In this document: in pieces, positions 33,711-44,600 of the stretch | Layout of the letters: each line of letters begins with the position of its first letter | Numbering within the stretch: position 1 is the first letter of the stretch | DNA from: Obrimoposthia wandeli | Lineage: Eukaryota | Assembly: GCA_977020255.1 (NCBI GenBank) | Contig: CDROCS010000506.1 | Location: 1,922,001 to 1,986,000 of the forward strand | Direction of reading: 5' to 3' | DNA length: 64,000 nt | The notes under the pieces: model-generated | The model's input: the letters and a program-made list of their open reading frames with translations, nothing else | Database searches by the model: none | Told to the model about the DNA's origin: nothing | Position numbers and translations under genes: made by a program

Positions 33711-35087
33711 ATGAAAATAATCATTATTGGTGCAGGCCAAGTTGGCGGCACACTAGCTGAAAATCTAGTAGGTGAGAATAATGACATTACCATTATCGAC
33801 CGCGATGGCAACAGCCTAAGAAACTTACAAGATAAATTTGATCTACGTGTTGTTGAAGGTCACGGGGCGAACCCTGACGTATTGCGTGAAGCCGGTGCAC
33901 AAGATGCCGATATGCTCGTCGCAGTAACCAACAATGACGAAACTAATATGATCGCTTGTCAGGTTGCTTACACCCTATTTAATACACCCAATAAAATCGC
34001 TCGGATCAGAAACGAATCTTATCTAGACCACAAAGATACCCTATTTCATAGCGGTGCGATCGCGGTTGATCACTTAATCGCACCCGAGCAACTAGTTACC
34101 GATTATATTAAACGTCTTATCGATTACCCCGGAGCACTGCAAGTCGTTAACTTTGCCAATAACAAAGTCGGACTGGTTGCGTTAAAAGCCTATTACGGTG
34201 GTCCATTAGTCGGTAATGCACTTGCTGCATTACGTGAACATATGCCCAATGTAGAAGCGCGCGTGGCGGCTATTTTCCGTCAAGGCAAGCCAATCCGCCC
34301 ACTCGGCACCACGATTATTGAAGCGGATGACGAAGTGTTCTTTGTGTCTGCAAGTAACAATATTCGCGCAGTCATGAGTGAGTTACAAAAACTAGAAAAG
34401 CCTTATCGCCGTATTATTATTGCAGGCGGTGGTAACATTGGTGCAGCCCTAGCGAGTCGTTTAGAACGTGATTATTCAGTAAAACTGATCGAGCGTAATA
34501 TTACTCGCGCCGAGCAGCTCTCAGAAATGCTCAACAACACCATCGTATTCTGTGGCGATGCATCCGATCAAGAATTACTTAGTGAAGAACATATTGATCA
34601 AACCGATGTGTTTATTGCGGTAACCAACGATGATGAAGCCAATATCATGTCGGCTATGTTAGCAAAACGAATGGGCGCTAAAAAAGCCATGGTACTGATT
34701 CAACGTGGGGCTTATGTAGATCTTGTACAAGGCGGCACGATTGATATTGCTATCTCGCCGCAGCAAGCGACCATTTCAGCTCTATTAACCCATGTCCGCC
34801 GTGCTGGTATCGCTAATGTTTATTCGTTACGTCGTGGCGCAGCTGAGGCGATTGAAGCAATTGCCCATGGCGATAAATTAACATCACGTGTTGTTGGCCG
34901 TACTGTAGGTAGTTTAAAATTGCCTGTCGGGACGACCATTGGTGCGATTGTACGTAATGATGCCGTTTTGATTGCTCATGACAAAACCGTGATTGAACAA
35001 GATGATCACGTCGTTATGTTTTTGGTTGATAAAAAGTTCATCCCAGATGTAGAGAAACTTTTCCAACCTAGTCCATTTTTCTTATAA
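33711..35087 (+). CDS. trkA: Trk potassium uptake NAD-binding subunit
   Basis: Two RCK domains (GAGQVG, GGGNIG); C-terminal FQPSPFFL. Confidence 0.96.
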   Translation: MKIIIIGAGQVGGTLAENLVGENNDITIIDRDGNSLRNLQDKFDLRVVEGHGANPDVLREAGAQDADMLVAVTNNDETNMIACQVAYTLFNTPNKIARIRNESYLDHKDTLFHSGAIAVDHLIAPEQLVTDYIKRLIDYPGALQVVNFANNKVGLVALKAYYGGPLVGNALAALREHMPNVEARVAAIFRQGKPIRPLGTTIIEADDEVFFVSASNNIRAVMSELQKLEKPYRRIIIAGGGNIGAALASRLERDYSVKLIERNITRAEQLSEMLNNTIVFCGDASDQELLSEEHIDQTDVFIAVTNDDEANIMSAMLAKRMGAKKAMVLIQRGAYVDLVQGGTIDIAISPQQATISALLTHVRRAGIANVYSLRRGAAEAIEAIAHGDKLTSRVVGRTVGSLKLPVGTTIGAIVRNDAVLIAHDKTVIEQDDHVVMFLVDKKFIPDVEKLFQPSPFFL

Positions 35088-35108
35088 ACACGCACAGAAG
35101 CTTGTTTC

Positions 35109-36554
35109 ATGGTTAATTTAAAACCCATACTGTTCATGGCAAGTGTGGTGCTACGCGCCCTTGCCTTATTCATGATTGCGCCGTTGGTATTAGCCATATA
35201 TACCGATGGCCATGGCGTGCCTGAATTTTTCAAATCCATTGTTATCACCACCATTGCATCGGGTTTATTTTGGCATAAAGGTCGTTCCAAAGAATTCAAA
35301 CTCGGGATCCGCGAAATGTTTTTGCTGACTACCTGTGTCTGGATAATTGCGTCTGCCTTTGCTGCATTACCACTGATGCTGATCCAGCATATTAGTTATA
35401 CCGATGCTTATTTCGAAACCATGTCAGGGATCACGACCACAGGGTCAACGGTATTATCAAACTTAGATACCACCGCCCACAGCGTATTATTATGGCGTTC
35501 TATTCTACAATGGTTAGGCGGTGTTGGTTTTGTGGTGATGGGAGTGGCAGTATTACCTTATCTCAACGTCGGTGGTATGCGTCTATTCCAAACCGAATCA
35601 TCTGATTGGTCAGATAAAAACACCTCGAAAACACAACATACCGCCGCCTACGTGATGTATGTTTATTTAAGCTTAACCGTGCTGTGTTATTTCGGTTATC
35701 TCAGCGCCGGAATGACCAGTTTCGAAGCCGTGAACCATGCCATGACAACCTTATCGACGGGTGGTTATTCCACTTCCGATCAATCGATGGCGCATTTCTC
35801 CAACGCTGCGCAATGGAATGGTACCTTCTTTATGTTTTTAGGTGGCTTGCCTTTCTTGCTCTTGATCACTGCAATTCATCGTCGCAATATCAAAGTACTT
35901 CTCAAGGACGCTCAGATCATCGGCTTTGCCAAACTGGTCCTGATAATGACACTCACGATGTCGCTCTACCTCTGGCAAAAAGATGTTTTCAGTCTCACCG
36001 ATGCCATACGTATTAGTATGTTTAATATCGTATCGATAGTCACTACAACAGGGTTCGGCTTAACAGATTTCGGCACTTGGGGAGAGTTTACGACAGTATT
36101 ATTTGCGGGTTTAATGTTTACCGGGGCCTGCTCTGGCTCGACTTCAGGCGGCATTAAAATTTTCCGTTTTCAAATTGCCTTTACCTTATTTCGCAAGCAA
36201 ATGTCACAGTTAGTGCATCCATCAGGGGTGTTTAGACAGCACTACAACGGCCGTAACGTCAATGATGTGATAGTACGTTCTGTGGTGGCTTTTGGCAGTG
36301 CCTTTATTGCTACAATCGCGATATTAGCGGCGATATTGAGTCTGCTCGGATTAGACCCGATCACCAGCATTACAGGCGCCATAACGGCAGTTGCCAATGT
36401 CGGTCCGGGATTAGGTCCCGTCATTGGTCCATCGGGTAACTTTGCTAGTCTACCTGATAGCGCAAAATGGGCGCTCAGTTTAGGTATGCTGATGGGACGA
36501 TTAGAGATCATGACGGTGCTAGTGCTGGTCACCCCCGCATTTTGGAAAGGTTAA
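35109..36554 (+). CDS. trkH: Trk potassium uptake permease
   Basis: FETMSGITTTG, STGG, TTTGF and NVGPG pore-loop motifs. Confidence 0.95.
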   Translation: MVNLKPILFMASVVLRALALFMIAPLVLAIYTDGHGVPEFFKSIVITTIASGLFWHKGRSKEFKLGIREMFLLTTCVWIIASAFAALPLMLIQHISYTDAYFETMSGITTTGSTVLSNLDTTAHSVLLWRSILQWLGGVGFVVMGVAVLPYLNVGGMRLFQTESSDWSDKNTSKTQHTAAYVMYVYLSLTVLCYFGYLSAGMTSFEAVNHAMTTLSTGGYSTSDQSMAHFSNAAQWNGTFFMFLGGLPFLLLITAIHRRNIKVLLKDAQIIGFAKLVLIMTLTMSLYLWQKDVFSLTDAIRISMFNIVSIVTTTGFGLTDFGTWGEFTTVLFAGLMFTGACSGSTSGGIKIFRFQIAFTLFRKQMSQLVHPSGVFRQHYNGRNVNDVIVRSVVAFGSAFIATIAILAAILSLLGLDPITSITGAITAVANVGPGLGPVIGPSGNFASLPDSAKWALSLGMLMGRLEIMTVLVLVTPAFWKG

Positions 36555-36599
36555 CTCTAGTGCTAAGCTAGCACTAGAGTTAAAGTCAAAACGAAAGCA

Positions 36600-37970
36600 T
36601 TATTCTAATAAGTTAACACTGCTTTTTTCGATAAGTTCGGCAGGTAATGGTTTTTTAACTTCAACTCCCAGTTCCACAAATTGCTGGGCTTGTTTAATTA
36701 AATTACCTTTGCCTGTAGCCAGACGCTTCATCGCCGAATCGTAACTATCCTGCGCCTTGTCTAATGCCACACCCATATCTTGCATATCATCACTAAACAA
36801 ACGTAACTTTTCGTAGATCTTACCCGCACGTTCTGCGATTAACTGCGCATTCTGATTCTGACGTTCATAACGCCATAAATTATCAATGGTGCGTAAGGCG
36901 ATTAATAAATTAGTCGGACTCACCAACATAATATTATTATCCAATGCAAATTTCATTAAGCTCGGGTCAGCCTCTAACGCCGCAAGAAATGCCGGTTCCA
37001 CCGCCACAAACATCAACACATAGTCTAATGTTTTCAAACCTTGTAATAAATGATAATCCTTACGCCCTAACTCACGAATATGGCTGCGCACAGAGCTCAC
37101 ATGTTCTTGTAATGCTTGTTTTCGTGTGATGTCATCTTCGGCATTAAAATAACGTTCGTAGGCTGTTAATGAAACCTTCGAATCAACCACTACATCTTTA
37201 TCTTGTGGCAAATGTACGATCACATCGGGCTGGAAACGCTTGCCATGTTCATTATTCAGGCTCACTTGCACATCGTATTCATGGCCTTCACGTAACCCTG
37301 ATTCCGACAATATCCGAGCTAAAATAACTTCACCCCAATTGCCTTGTTGCTTGTTATCGCCTTTCAATGCCTTGGTCAGATTAGCCGTCTCACTCGACAT
37401 AAGCTGATACACTTGTTGTAACCGGGCGACTTCGGATTGCAAGCTATGACGCTCTTTCGCCTCATTAGAATACACCTCTTGAACTTGCTGTTTAAAGCCT
37501 TCGAGTTGAGTTTTTAATGGCGACAACAGTAATTCCACACTAGACTTATTTAGTTCTTTGAAGTTGTCGGTTTTACTATCAAAAATCTTATTCGCTAGAT
37601 TTTCAAATTGCTGTTGTAAGCGTTGTTCTGATTGCGCTTGCAAGGCCAATTTTTCTTCACTGGCTTGGCGTTCAGCTTGTAAACGAATATCACTTTCACG
37701 CAATCGTGACATCACTTTAATTAGCTGGTTGTTTTGCGAATCTAATTTTAATTTGTTGTTATCATGCTCTTGTTGTAATTGCTCATAATTGTAATTAACG
37801 TTATCCAATTGCTGCTCTAACAACTCAACATCATGACTTAACGTTTGCATAGATAATGTCGCTTGCTGATTTTTACGAATAGCAATCAGCGCACAGATAA
37901 TCGCGACACACGTCGCGGCGATATAAGGTAAGACAGGCAACAAGAAATCAATACTCATAAAATAAATCAA
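36600..37970 (-). CDS. rmuC: DNA recombination protein RmuC
   Basis: QGNWGEVIL, QPDVIVHLP, VDSKVSL and LVSPTNLL; start may be the ATG at 37958. Confidence 0.93.
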   Translation of the reverse strand: MIYFMSIDFLLPVLPYIAATCVAIICALIAIRKNQQATLSMQTLSHDVELLEQQLDNVNYNYEQLQQEHDNNKLKLDSQNNQLIKVMSRLRESDIRLQAERQASEEKLALQAQSEQRLQQQFENLANKIFDSKTDNFKELNKSSVELLLSPLKTQLEGFKQQVQEVYSNEAKERHSLQSEVARLQQVYQLMSSETANLTKALKGDNKQQGNWGEVILARILSESGLREGHEYDVQVSLNNEHGKRFQPDVIVHLPQDKDVVVDSKVSLTAYERYFNAEDDITRKQALQEHVSSVRSHIRELGRKDYHLLQGLKTLDYVLMFVAVEPAFLAALEADPSLMKFALDNNIMLVSPTNLLIALRTIDNLWRYERQNQNAQLIAERAGKIYEKLRLFSDDMQDMGVALDKAQDSYDSAMKRLATGKGNLIKQAQQFVELGVEVKKPLPAELIEKSSVNLLE

Positions 37971-38209
37971 TGACGGAAGAAAGAGCTATGTGACAAAGTG
38001 CGGTCGATATATAACCACGTCGCCAGGCAACTTAAATACAGGAAAAAAATAATCCATTTATGGTAATTAGCCCCACTATCAATATGAGCAAATGGAACGT
38101 CACCGATCACGCTGTATAGCCAGATAACAAGTGGAAAGAACAAGAAAACTAACAGTTTCCAGAGAATCTTTAACGTCGGGCGATGTACTGTTATCGCTTT
38201 CATCAACAT
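37967..38209 (-). CDS. Small two-TM hypothetical membrane protein
   Basis: AAGGA RBS, two hydrophobic segments, stop abuts the rmuC start. Confidence 0.55.
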   Translation of the reverse strand: MLMKAITVHRPTLKILWKLLVFLFFPLVIWLYSVIGDVPFAHIDSGANYHKWIIFFLYLSCLATWLYIDRTLSHSSFFRH

Positions 38210-38377
38210 GTTCCTTAATTATAGCGCTTAACAATGACACTTAAATGTCAGCGTTAATGATGCTGAAAATAGATAATGATGTTAGCCTAACCTGCTCAAG
38301 ATTAAAACTAATCTGCTAAGGATAATCACAATCAGAGCACATTTCAGAGAAAATAATGCAGATTAATTAGCTATCCC

Positions 38378-38405
38378 CCTTGAAACGAGACAAAATACCC
38401 CAACT
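38378..38405 (+). promoter_or_regulatory. Sigma32-like promoter upstream of the DksA paralog
   Basis: CCCCCTTGAA-N14-CCCCAACT versus consensus CTTGAA-N13-17-CCCCATNT. Confidence 0.55.
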
Positions 38406-38519
38406 TGTAATCTTCAGTTATTTTTTTGCCAAAGTAGGGTTAATACTCCTATATTATGGACAACTCAAATGTCTATTATGCTAATTAATTATAATCCGAA
38501 TACGAAATAGGTAATATAT

Positions 38520-38900
38520 ATGAGCGATTTTATGAATGAAGGCCAAGTTGCCTATTTCAAAGAAAAACTAGAAACAGAGCAGCAAGAGATCATAGCGCGT
38601 GTCGAGAATCAATCAATCAACGTGGTTATCTCAGACAGCAATGAAATGGCAGATGAAATTGACCGTGCAGCAATGGAAGAAGCACATCGTCTTGAGTTAA
38701 ACCGTATCGATCACGATAAACTACACATCAAGAAAATAGTGAAAGCATTACGTCGCATCGAATGCGGTGATTATGGCTATTGTGATAGTTGTGGTGATGA
38801 AATATCGATTAAACGCTTACAGGCTCGTCCTGAGTCGCGTTTATGCTTAGAATGTCAGTCAACTAAAGAGTTCACTGATCACAGCTTATACCGCCGTTAA
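38520..38900 (+). CDS. DksA/TraR family C4 zinc-finger protein (DksA paralog)
   Basis: DEIDRA coiled-coil tip (DxxDxA) and CDSC...CLEC; colinear with E. coli DksA but lacks roughly the first 28 residues. Confidence 0.88.
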   Translation: MSDFMNEGQVAYFKEKLETEQQEIIARVENQSINVVISDSNEMADEIDRAAMEEAHRLELNRIDHDKLHIKKIVKALRRIECGDYGYCDSCGDEISIKRLQARPESRLCLECQSTKEFTDHSLYRR

Positions 38901-39051
38901 TCCTACGCACAATCGAATAACCAGCTCTGGTTGTTATCAATAAAACGATAAAAGATGGAAGGTAATAACAATAGATGTTATTGCTTTCCTCATTTGCCGA
39001 ACCATATTAATCTGTTATATCTCCCACATAAACCGCAATAGGAATGCATCG

Positions 39052-39549
39052 ATGTTAAAACCATTATCAGCCAATTTTAAAAAACTCAGTATATTGTCAT
39101 TACTTGTCAGCAGTGTTGCGTTAAGCGGTTGTAGTGATGATGAATCAGGCAAAATCAGTCTTGGTTTATTTACCACTAAAGATATCAAGATCAATAGTTT
39201 CATTGATCCAGCAATACCTGGCGTTACTTGCCACGTCAGTCATATTGAAGCCGATTTAGATTTTTCGGATCCGTCAGACATGGGTATAGCCTGTCGTCAA
39301 ACCGGTGAGATAACTGCCGCGATGTTAGCGACAATCGATACTTCAAAAGGCGGGGAAGTGATCTTCAAACAATCGAAGAGCATCTTATTTAAATCACTCA
39401 AAATACGTCGTATTTATGATGCTGAGAGCCAAAGTTTATTGTATGTGTCGTACTCGACAAAAGAGATAAATGGTAGTTACAAGCACTCGCTATCAACAGT
39501 GCCACTATGGGCAACAAAAGCTTGGCAAGCTCCAGTAACACCTGCATAG
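39052..39549 (+). CDS. creA: CreA family protein with lipobox
   Basis: DPAIPGVTCHVS, IACRQTG and FKSLKIRRIYD; LSGC lipobox. Confidence 0.85.
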   Translation: MLKPLSANFKKLSILSLLVSSVALSGCSDDESGKISLGLFTTKDIKINSFIDPAIPGVTCHVSHIEADLDFSDPSDMGIACRQTGEITAAMLATIDTSKGGEVIFKQSKSILFKSLKIRRIYDAESQSLLYVSYSTKEINGSYKHSLSTVPLWATKAWQAPVTPA

Positions 39550-39564
39550 CCGTAGCATAAAAAC

Positions 39565-39594
39565 AATAAAGCCACTGACATCAGTGGCTTTATT
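39565..39594. terminator. Bidirectional terminator
   Basis: AATAAAGCCACTGA-CA-TCAGTGGCTTTATT. Confidence 0.8.
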
Positions 39595-39627
39595 ACGATA
39601 ATTGAAAATAGATGACCTACGTTTAGC

Positions 39628-40365
39628 TTAAAAAGCCACGATAACACTCATACCAATCACTTCAGAAAACAATAATAATACCGTTGTTAGTGACACTAAA
39701 TTCGGTGAGTATTCTTGCTTGGTATAAAGTGGAATAGTCCACACAGCTAATGCCAACAATAAAATAATCGCCCGATAAATAACAAATTCTTGGATCACCG
39801 GCATATTACTTGACCCTGCATGCATGCTAGCGACAACCAGTAAGCCCAACATCAGCAATACACTGCTCGCGATACCTACGATAGGTAAAATAACATTAAA
39901 TGCCTGTAGGCGATGTTTAGCACGCAATAAGATGACATGCGCAAACACCGCACCTAGCAATACTGATTCTAAAAGTAATAACGGTTGTTGTTGCTGCCAC
40001 AATACCAATAAGCCGGTAAGCACAGCCAGCGCGATAGGCAAGCGTAACCACGAACTCGGAATAACTCGTTTACCTTCTAAGCGAGATTGAACAAGGTTTT
40101 GCATAATACCAATAAATACCGTCATACCACCGAGAACCAAGGTTAATGTAGTTGCATATACTTCAACCCCGATCATCAACCCTAGCGCTAATACAGCCCA
40201 AATTGAGATCATATTTTCGGTAATACGTTTACGCTGTCCAGGGCAAACTTCGCCTTTGGATAATACCAGCGCTAAAAAACAGGCGGCCGCTATCGGCATC
40301 ATTACTATAATAGGATAAATTTGTTGGTAAAAACTGATTTCAGTCACGCGACAACCCTTAGACAA
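39628..40365 (-). CDS. Hypothetical polytopic membrane protein
   Basis: About 7 hydrophobic segments; exact start uncertain. Confidence 0.7.
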   Translation of the reverse strand: MSKGCRVTEISFYQQIYPIIVMMPIAAACFLALVLSKGEVCPGQRKRITENMISIWAVLALGLMIGVEVYATTLTLVLGGMTVFIGIMQNLVQSRLEGKRVIPSSWLRLPIALAVLTGLLVLWQQQQPLLLLESVLLGAVFAHVILLRAKHRLQAFNVILPIVGIASSVLLMLGLLVVASMHAGSSNMPVIQEFVIYRAIILLLALAVWTIPLYTKQEYSPNLVSLTTVLLLFSEVIGMSVIVAF

Positions 40366-40483
40366 TACTAGATTAAAGTAAATTAGGTGCGAGAGTATAT
40401 CAGTGTCATCTAAAGGTGATAATCAATAATTGCTTAAAATTGAAATTTCAAATGCAGGCCACGAAGATAATCAAAATTCAGAC

Positions 40484-40515
40484 AAAAAAAAGCCCACTCA
40501 CTAAGAATGGGCTTT
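40484..40515 (-). terminator. Terminator after the 83-aa ORF
   Basis: A8-GCCCA...TGGGCTTT. Confidence 0.7.
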
Positions 40516-40526
40516 ACCTGTTTACT

Positions 40527-40778
40527 TTAGACTTTGTTACCATGCTCTTGCTCTGAAATTAATGGTTCAATACCTAATATACGAGAAAGTAAGTCGGCTT
40601 CATTCAAATTATCATCACTTAGCTGTACGCTAACTAACAATGATTCAAATTGACTTTGTTGTAAAACCTCCGAAATCCCCCTCATGCCACCTGCAGTTTT
40701 TAGCAAGGATGATATAACCGTATTCGATCCTGAATCTCGTTGTTTAACGTCCTGTTTAACATCCCATTTATCATTCAT
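40527..40778 (-). CDS. Hypothetical 83-aa protein
   Basis: Strong GAGGGGG RBS and its own terminator. Confidence 0.6.
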   Translation of the reverse strand: MNDKWDVKQDVKQRDSGSNTVISSLLKTAGGMRGISEVLQQSQFESLLVSVQLSDDNLNEADLLSRILGIEPLISEQEHGNKV

Positions 40779-41024
40779 AACACCCCCTCACAATCCCTTA
40801 TTTCTATCCCTTAGAAATATAATGAATGCTCATAACAACACATTCAGGTAATCAGTGGAATCATCCGTCAGCAAGATTGAGAGGTAAAACGGATAAATGA
40901 CCAGGTGTCATATCAAGCACAATAAGAACTGTGAGATAACTACAAATAAATGATATGGATAGCATCGTTAGCGCAGGAAAGTGCGAATAGATAAATAACA
41001 GCGGTAAAGTAAACGTCAGAAACG

Positions 41025-41052
41025 AAAAAAGCCTGCTCAATGAGCAGGCTTT
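41025..41052 (-). terminator. Terminator of the Pro-His-Leu-Pro tRNA operon
   Basis: AAAAAAGCCTGCTCA-A-TGAGCAGGCTTT. Confidence 0.85.
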
Positions 41053-41081
41053 CTCGAATTCCAATTTCTTGGAAGAATAAG

Positions 41082-41158
41082 TGGTCGGTGATAGAGGATT
41101 CGAACCTCTGACCCCCTGGTCCCAAACCAGGTGCGCTACCAAGCTGCGCTAATCACCG
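41082..41158 (-). tRNA. tRNA-Pro(TGG)
   Basis: 77 nt cloverleaf, anticodon arm CCTGG-TTTGGGA-CCAGG, encoded CCA. Confidence 0.97.
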
Positions 41159-41162
41159 AACA

Positions 41163-41247
41163 TGGTGCGGAAGGAGAGACTTGAACTCTCACACTTTGCA
41201 ATACTAGAACCTAAATCTAGCGCGTCTACCAATTCCGCCACTTCCGC
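41163..41247 (-). tRNA. tRNA-Leu(TAG)
   Basis: 85 nt with long variable arm, anticodon arm CTAGA-TTTAGGT-TCTAG. Confidence 0.96.
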
Positions 41248-41326
41248 ACAATTTTTCAACTTACTAGCAGGTAATTCTAGCAAGGGTGATAACTCAATTC
41301 TAAAAGAATATCTACGTTATCGAATA

Positions 41327-41403
41327 TGGGGCGACTGAAGGGGATTGAACCCTCGACAACCGGAATCACAATCCGGGGCTCTACCAACTGAGCTACAACC
41401 GCC
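41327..41403 (-). tRNA. tRNA-His(GTG), copy 1
   Basis: G-1:C73, anticodon arm CCGGA-TTGTGAT-TCCGG. Confidence 0.96.
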
Positions 41404-41407
41404 ATAG

Positions 41408-41484
41408 TGGTCGGTGATAGAGGATTCGAACCTCTGACCCCCTGGTCCCAAACCAGGTGCGCTACCAAGCTGCGCTAATCACCG
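41408..41484 (-). tRNA. tRNA-Pro(TGG), second identical copy
   Basis: Same sequence as 41082-41158. Confidence 0.97.
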
Positions 41485-41525
41485 AACATACAAGTTAGAA
41501 TGCATCATTCTTAACAAGTGTGCGC

Positions 41526-41553
41526 ATTATAGATATTGTGTGTATCTGCGCAA
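41526..41553 (-). promoter_or_regulatory. Stable-RNA-type promoter of the Pro-His-Leu-Pro operon
   Basis: TTGCGC-16-TATAAT with GCGCAC discriminator. Confidence 0.8.
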
Positions 41554-41642
41554 GTGTTTTTAACTAAAATCCGTGTTTTTTGTCATTTCCAATTAAAACG
41601 CGACAAAAACACACCGAGAGCGAACAAAAAACAAGCAAAGGC

Positions 41643-44600
41643 TTAATTGATTACTCTACGGTATATCACTCGATCATTGCCTCGGAATAAGCCAAAAGTA
41701 GCAATAGCTGAAGGATCATCATAACCCGCTATGTTGTCCCAATCAAATTCTAACCAGTCATACGTATCATATGAGACATTAATACTACCTGAACTATCAG
41801 CGTCTTGAGCATCTAATTGAATATTTCGTGTTTCACCACTAACGAACGTCCCCGAGCCACCAAGTGTATCTATATCAGGACTAGAGGACAACTTCCCATC
41901 ATCATAACTCAAGCAATTATTATCAGTAGAAACCGTAAAAACACGACCATCAAAATGTTCAACTTGCAGGAGCTGCGCAAGATCAGTCCCTTCAGGGCCA
42001 AAGCTATTTTGTAATACGAGTCGACCAAATCTGATTTCGACCCCAGCAGGCGATGCATCAACAGTCATGCCTGCACGGAGGTTAACGCTATCGGTATCGG
42101 AAATACTGGTAATGGCAAAATCAATATCCGCGGTAAACGGAGCTACTAATGCATTATTAGAGCGGCTATAGATAAAATTATCATCATCTGAAAACTCGTA
42201 ATGCAATACTCCTTTCGGTAATGCCACAACACTAGGCAATACCGTCAAATCATTTGAACTCACAGTGCCTTCACCCTGCATATGGGCCGTTAGCGGCAAG
42301 CGATTATTATTCACACCAATCGCGGCTTCATCCTGCGTTGGCGAGGTAATGCTAACACCAGAGGCTATAAGTTTCATAAAGTCCCCAAGGTAATTTTCAG
42401 TAACATTTCCTTGGCTATTGTAGGCAGTAATAGCCAGTACGGGATTAACTAAATATGAAATAGCACCGATACTTGCATCAGACTCTTTTGTTTGCCCGCT
42501 ATAAGCAAACCGGGTAGCTGCGCCACAAGTCGCCGATAAATGGCCATGCTCAGTAATTGTTTGCTGGAAGTATTTAGGGGTAAAGCGACCGACATTAATT
42601 GCATCCGCCGAGATAGTAAGCCCTGCGTTACCATAATCACGGTCTTGAATATCTAAATTAAATAGCCCAACCTCTGAATATTTTGCTTCTAGATAAGTAG
42701 AAGTACCGGACGAAAAGGTATCCAAAGTAACATCTTGGAATCCCGCATTCCTTGCTACCGTTTTCGATGGCGCATAAGTGAAACGTCCATCCACACTATC
42801 ACTTAGCGCAGGGGCTGTACGTGTTAGGTTTAATTGTATCTGTCCTGGAGAGTAATTTGGCGTAATAACAGCAGGATCAGCGGCATTATAGGCACTCACA
42901 ATAAATTCAAAATCGTCACCTGCAGCATGTATTTTCGCAGCAGTTGCCGTGTCACCATTTAAATCGGAACCAGCAGATTTAGCGCTGGCAACTAGTTTAG
43001 CAGGGCGCACCCAGAACGAGTTGCTAATGCCAGATAAAGTGACACCGTTAAATTCAGCCCCTTCGGTTCCTTCGGCTAGCGCTACCGTATAATTTGCATA
43101 TAAGCTGATTTCCCCAGCATCGTTATATCTCGGAGTTCGTATTTCCGCAATGCTATCAACACCAAAATTCAAACTTACACCTGGAGTATAAGCAGGAGTT
43201 TTGGCTATATTGGTATCTTTATTGATTTGAAAGCTCAACCCTGGATTTGTGTTATCAGGCGTAATATTTTTTTGTGATAAATTAACATTAATGAGACCAG
43301 TAAATATGCCCTTACAAACACCTTTAGAATCTTTTACGGCCTGAATTTGTAACGTTTCACCGAATACTAAACCCGATATTTGAGGCGGGATAATTGTTTT
43401 ATTGTTATAAAGAAATCTAAAACCTGCCTTTTCAAATTTTATTTCACAAGCAGAGCCAGTACTGCCATTACATTTTAAAGGATTTGAAGGTGTTGTGTTA
43501 CTGTTTGCTATGGTAAAGGTCAAGGTTTCAGCGGTTGTATGATTAAAGCTAACTGTCGTACTGCCAGTAAAATTAGGAGAACCGATAATTTCACCATCAG
43601 CAAGTACATCGAGCGTTACGGACTTTGTACTTAAATTTTCCTCAGAGCAGCTCGCATCTGTACATGCTTTAATTCTGATAGATTCAGCGTCACAGGTTAG
43701 TCCATGACCATCGTGTTCAATTTCAAAATGGTCTATTATCGAAGGTTCCGAGGGACAGAACCTATCTGTACTACCATCATAATTTCTCTTATTATTCTGA
43801 TTATCATAAATAAAACTTACGTCGGATTGAGATAATACCGATTTGTAAACCAGTAACTCATCGAGCTGCCCAATAAAATACTTACTAATCCCATTATTAT
43901 CGTTATTATTTTGCTCTCTATTTTCAATTCTACCAATACTTGAAAAAGTCGTACTAACAACACCTGATTCCGATTGAACTCGACCATTAGGCCCTCTCAC
44001 TCCGTCAACAAATACCTCAACAACATTATCATCGATATTTCGAGTCAATACCACGTGGTGCCATTTATTATCGTTAACGTTACTACTTGATACAGCAGCG
44101 GCACCATTACCTTTTTTGATTCCGATACGACCAGAACCGTCCAAATATCCCCAAAAAATATCATTACCTGTACCAATTTGTTCTACCCCCAATATCCCGG
44201 GAGCTTGCCAAGCAGTATTATTTCCAGATTGATTGGTTTTAATCCAAAACGAAAGACTCGCAGAATTTTTTAGGTATTCATTAATACCACTAACGTCAAT
44301 ATAATCACCTGAACCACCAAAGTTACCAGCTCTACATATCTGCCCTTCTGTATTTTTAGTTGTTGTCGTATTTCCATATGCCTTACCATCAGGCCCAGAA
44401 CTTAAATTATTATTGACTTCATCGTCTGTTCCGTTCCAACTAACTTCATCAAAACGATACTCTAATTCGGGGATTGCTATAGAACAAGATTCCGGAGCAC
44501 GCTGGTTAATAAAATCATCATAATTCCGGCCTGCAAGTTCATTATTGTAAATATTACTTATCTGCGTAGAAGAAAGTTTTTCATCAAAAATTTTAAATTC

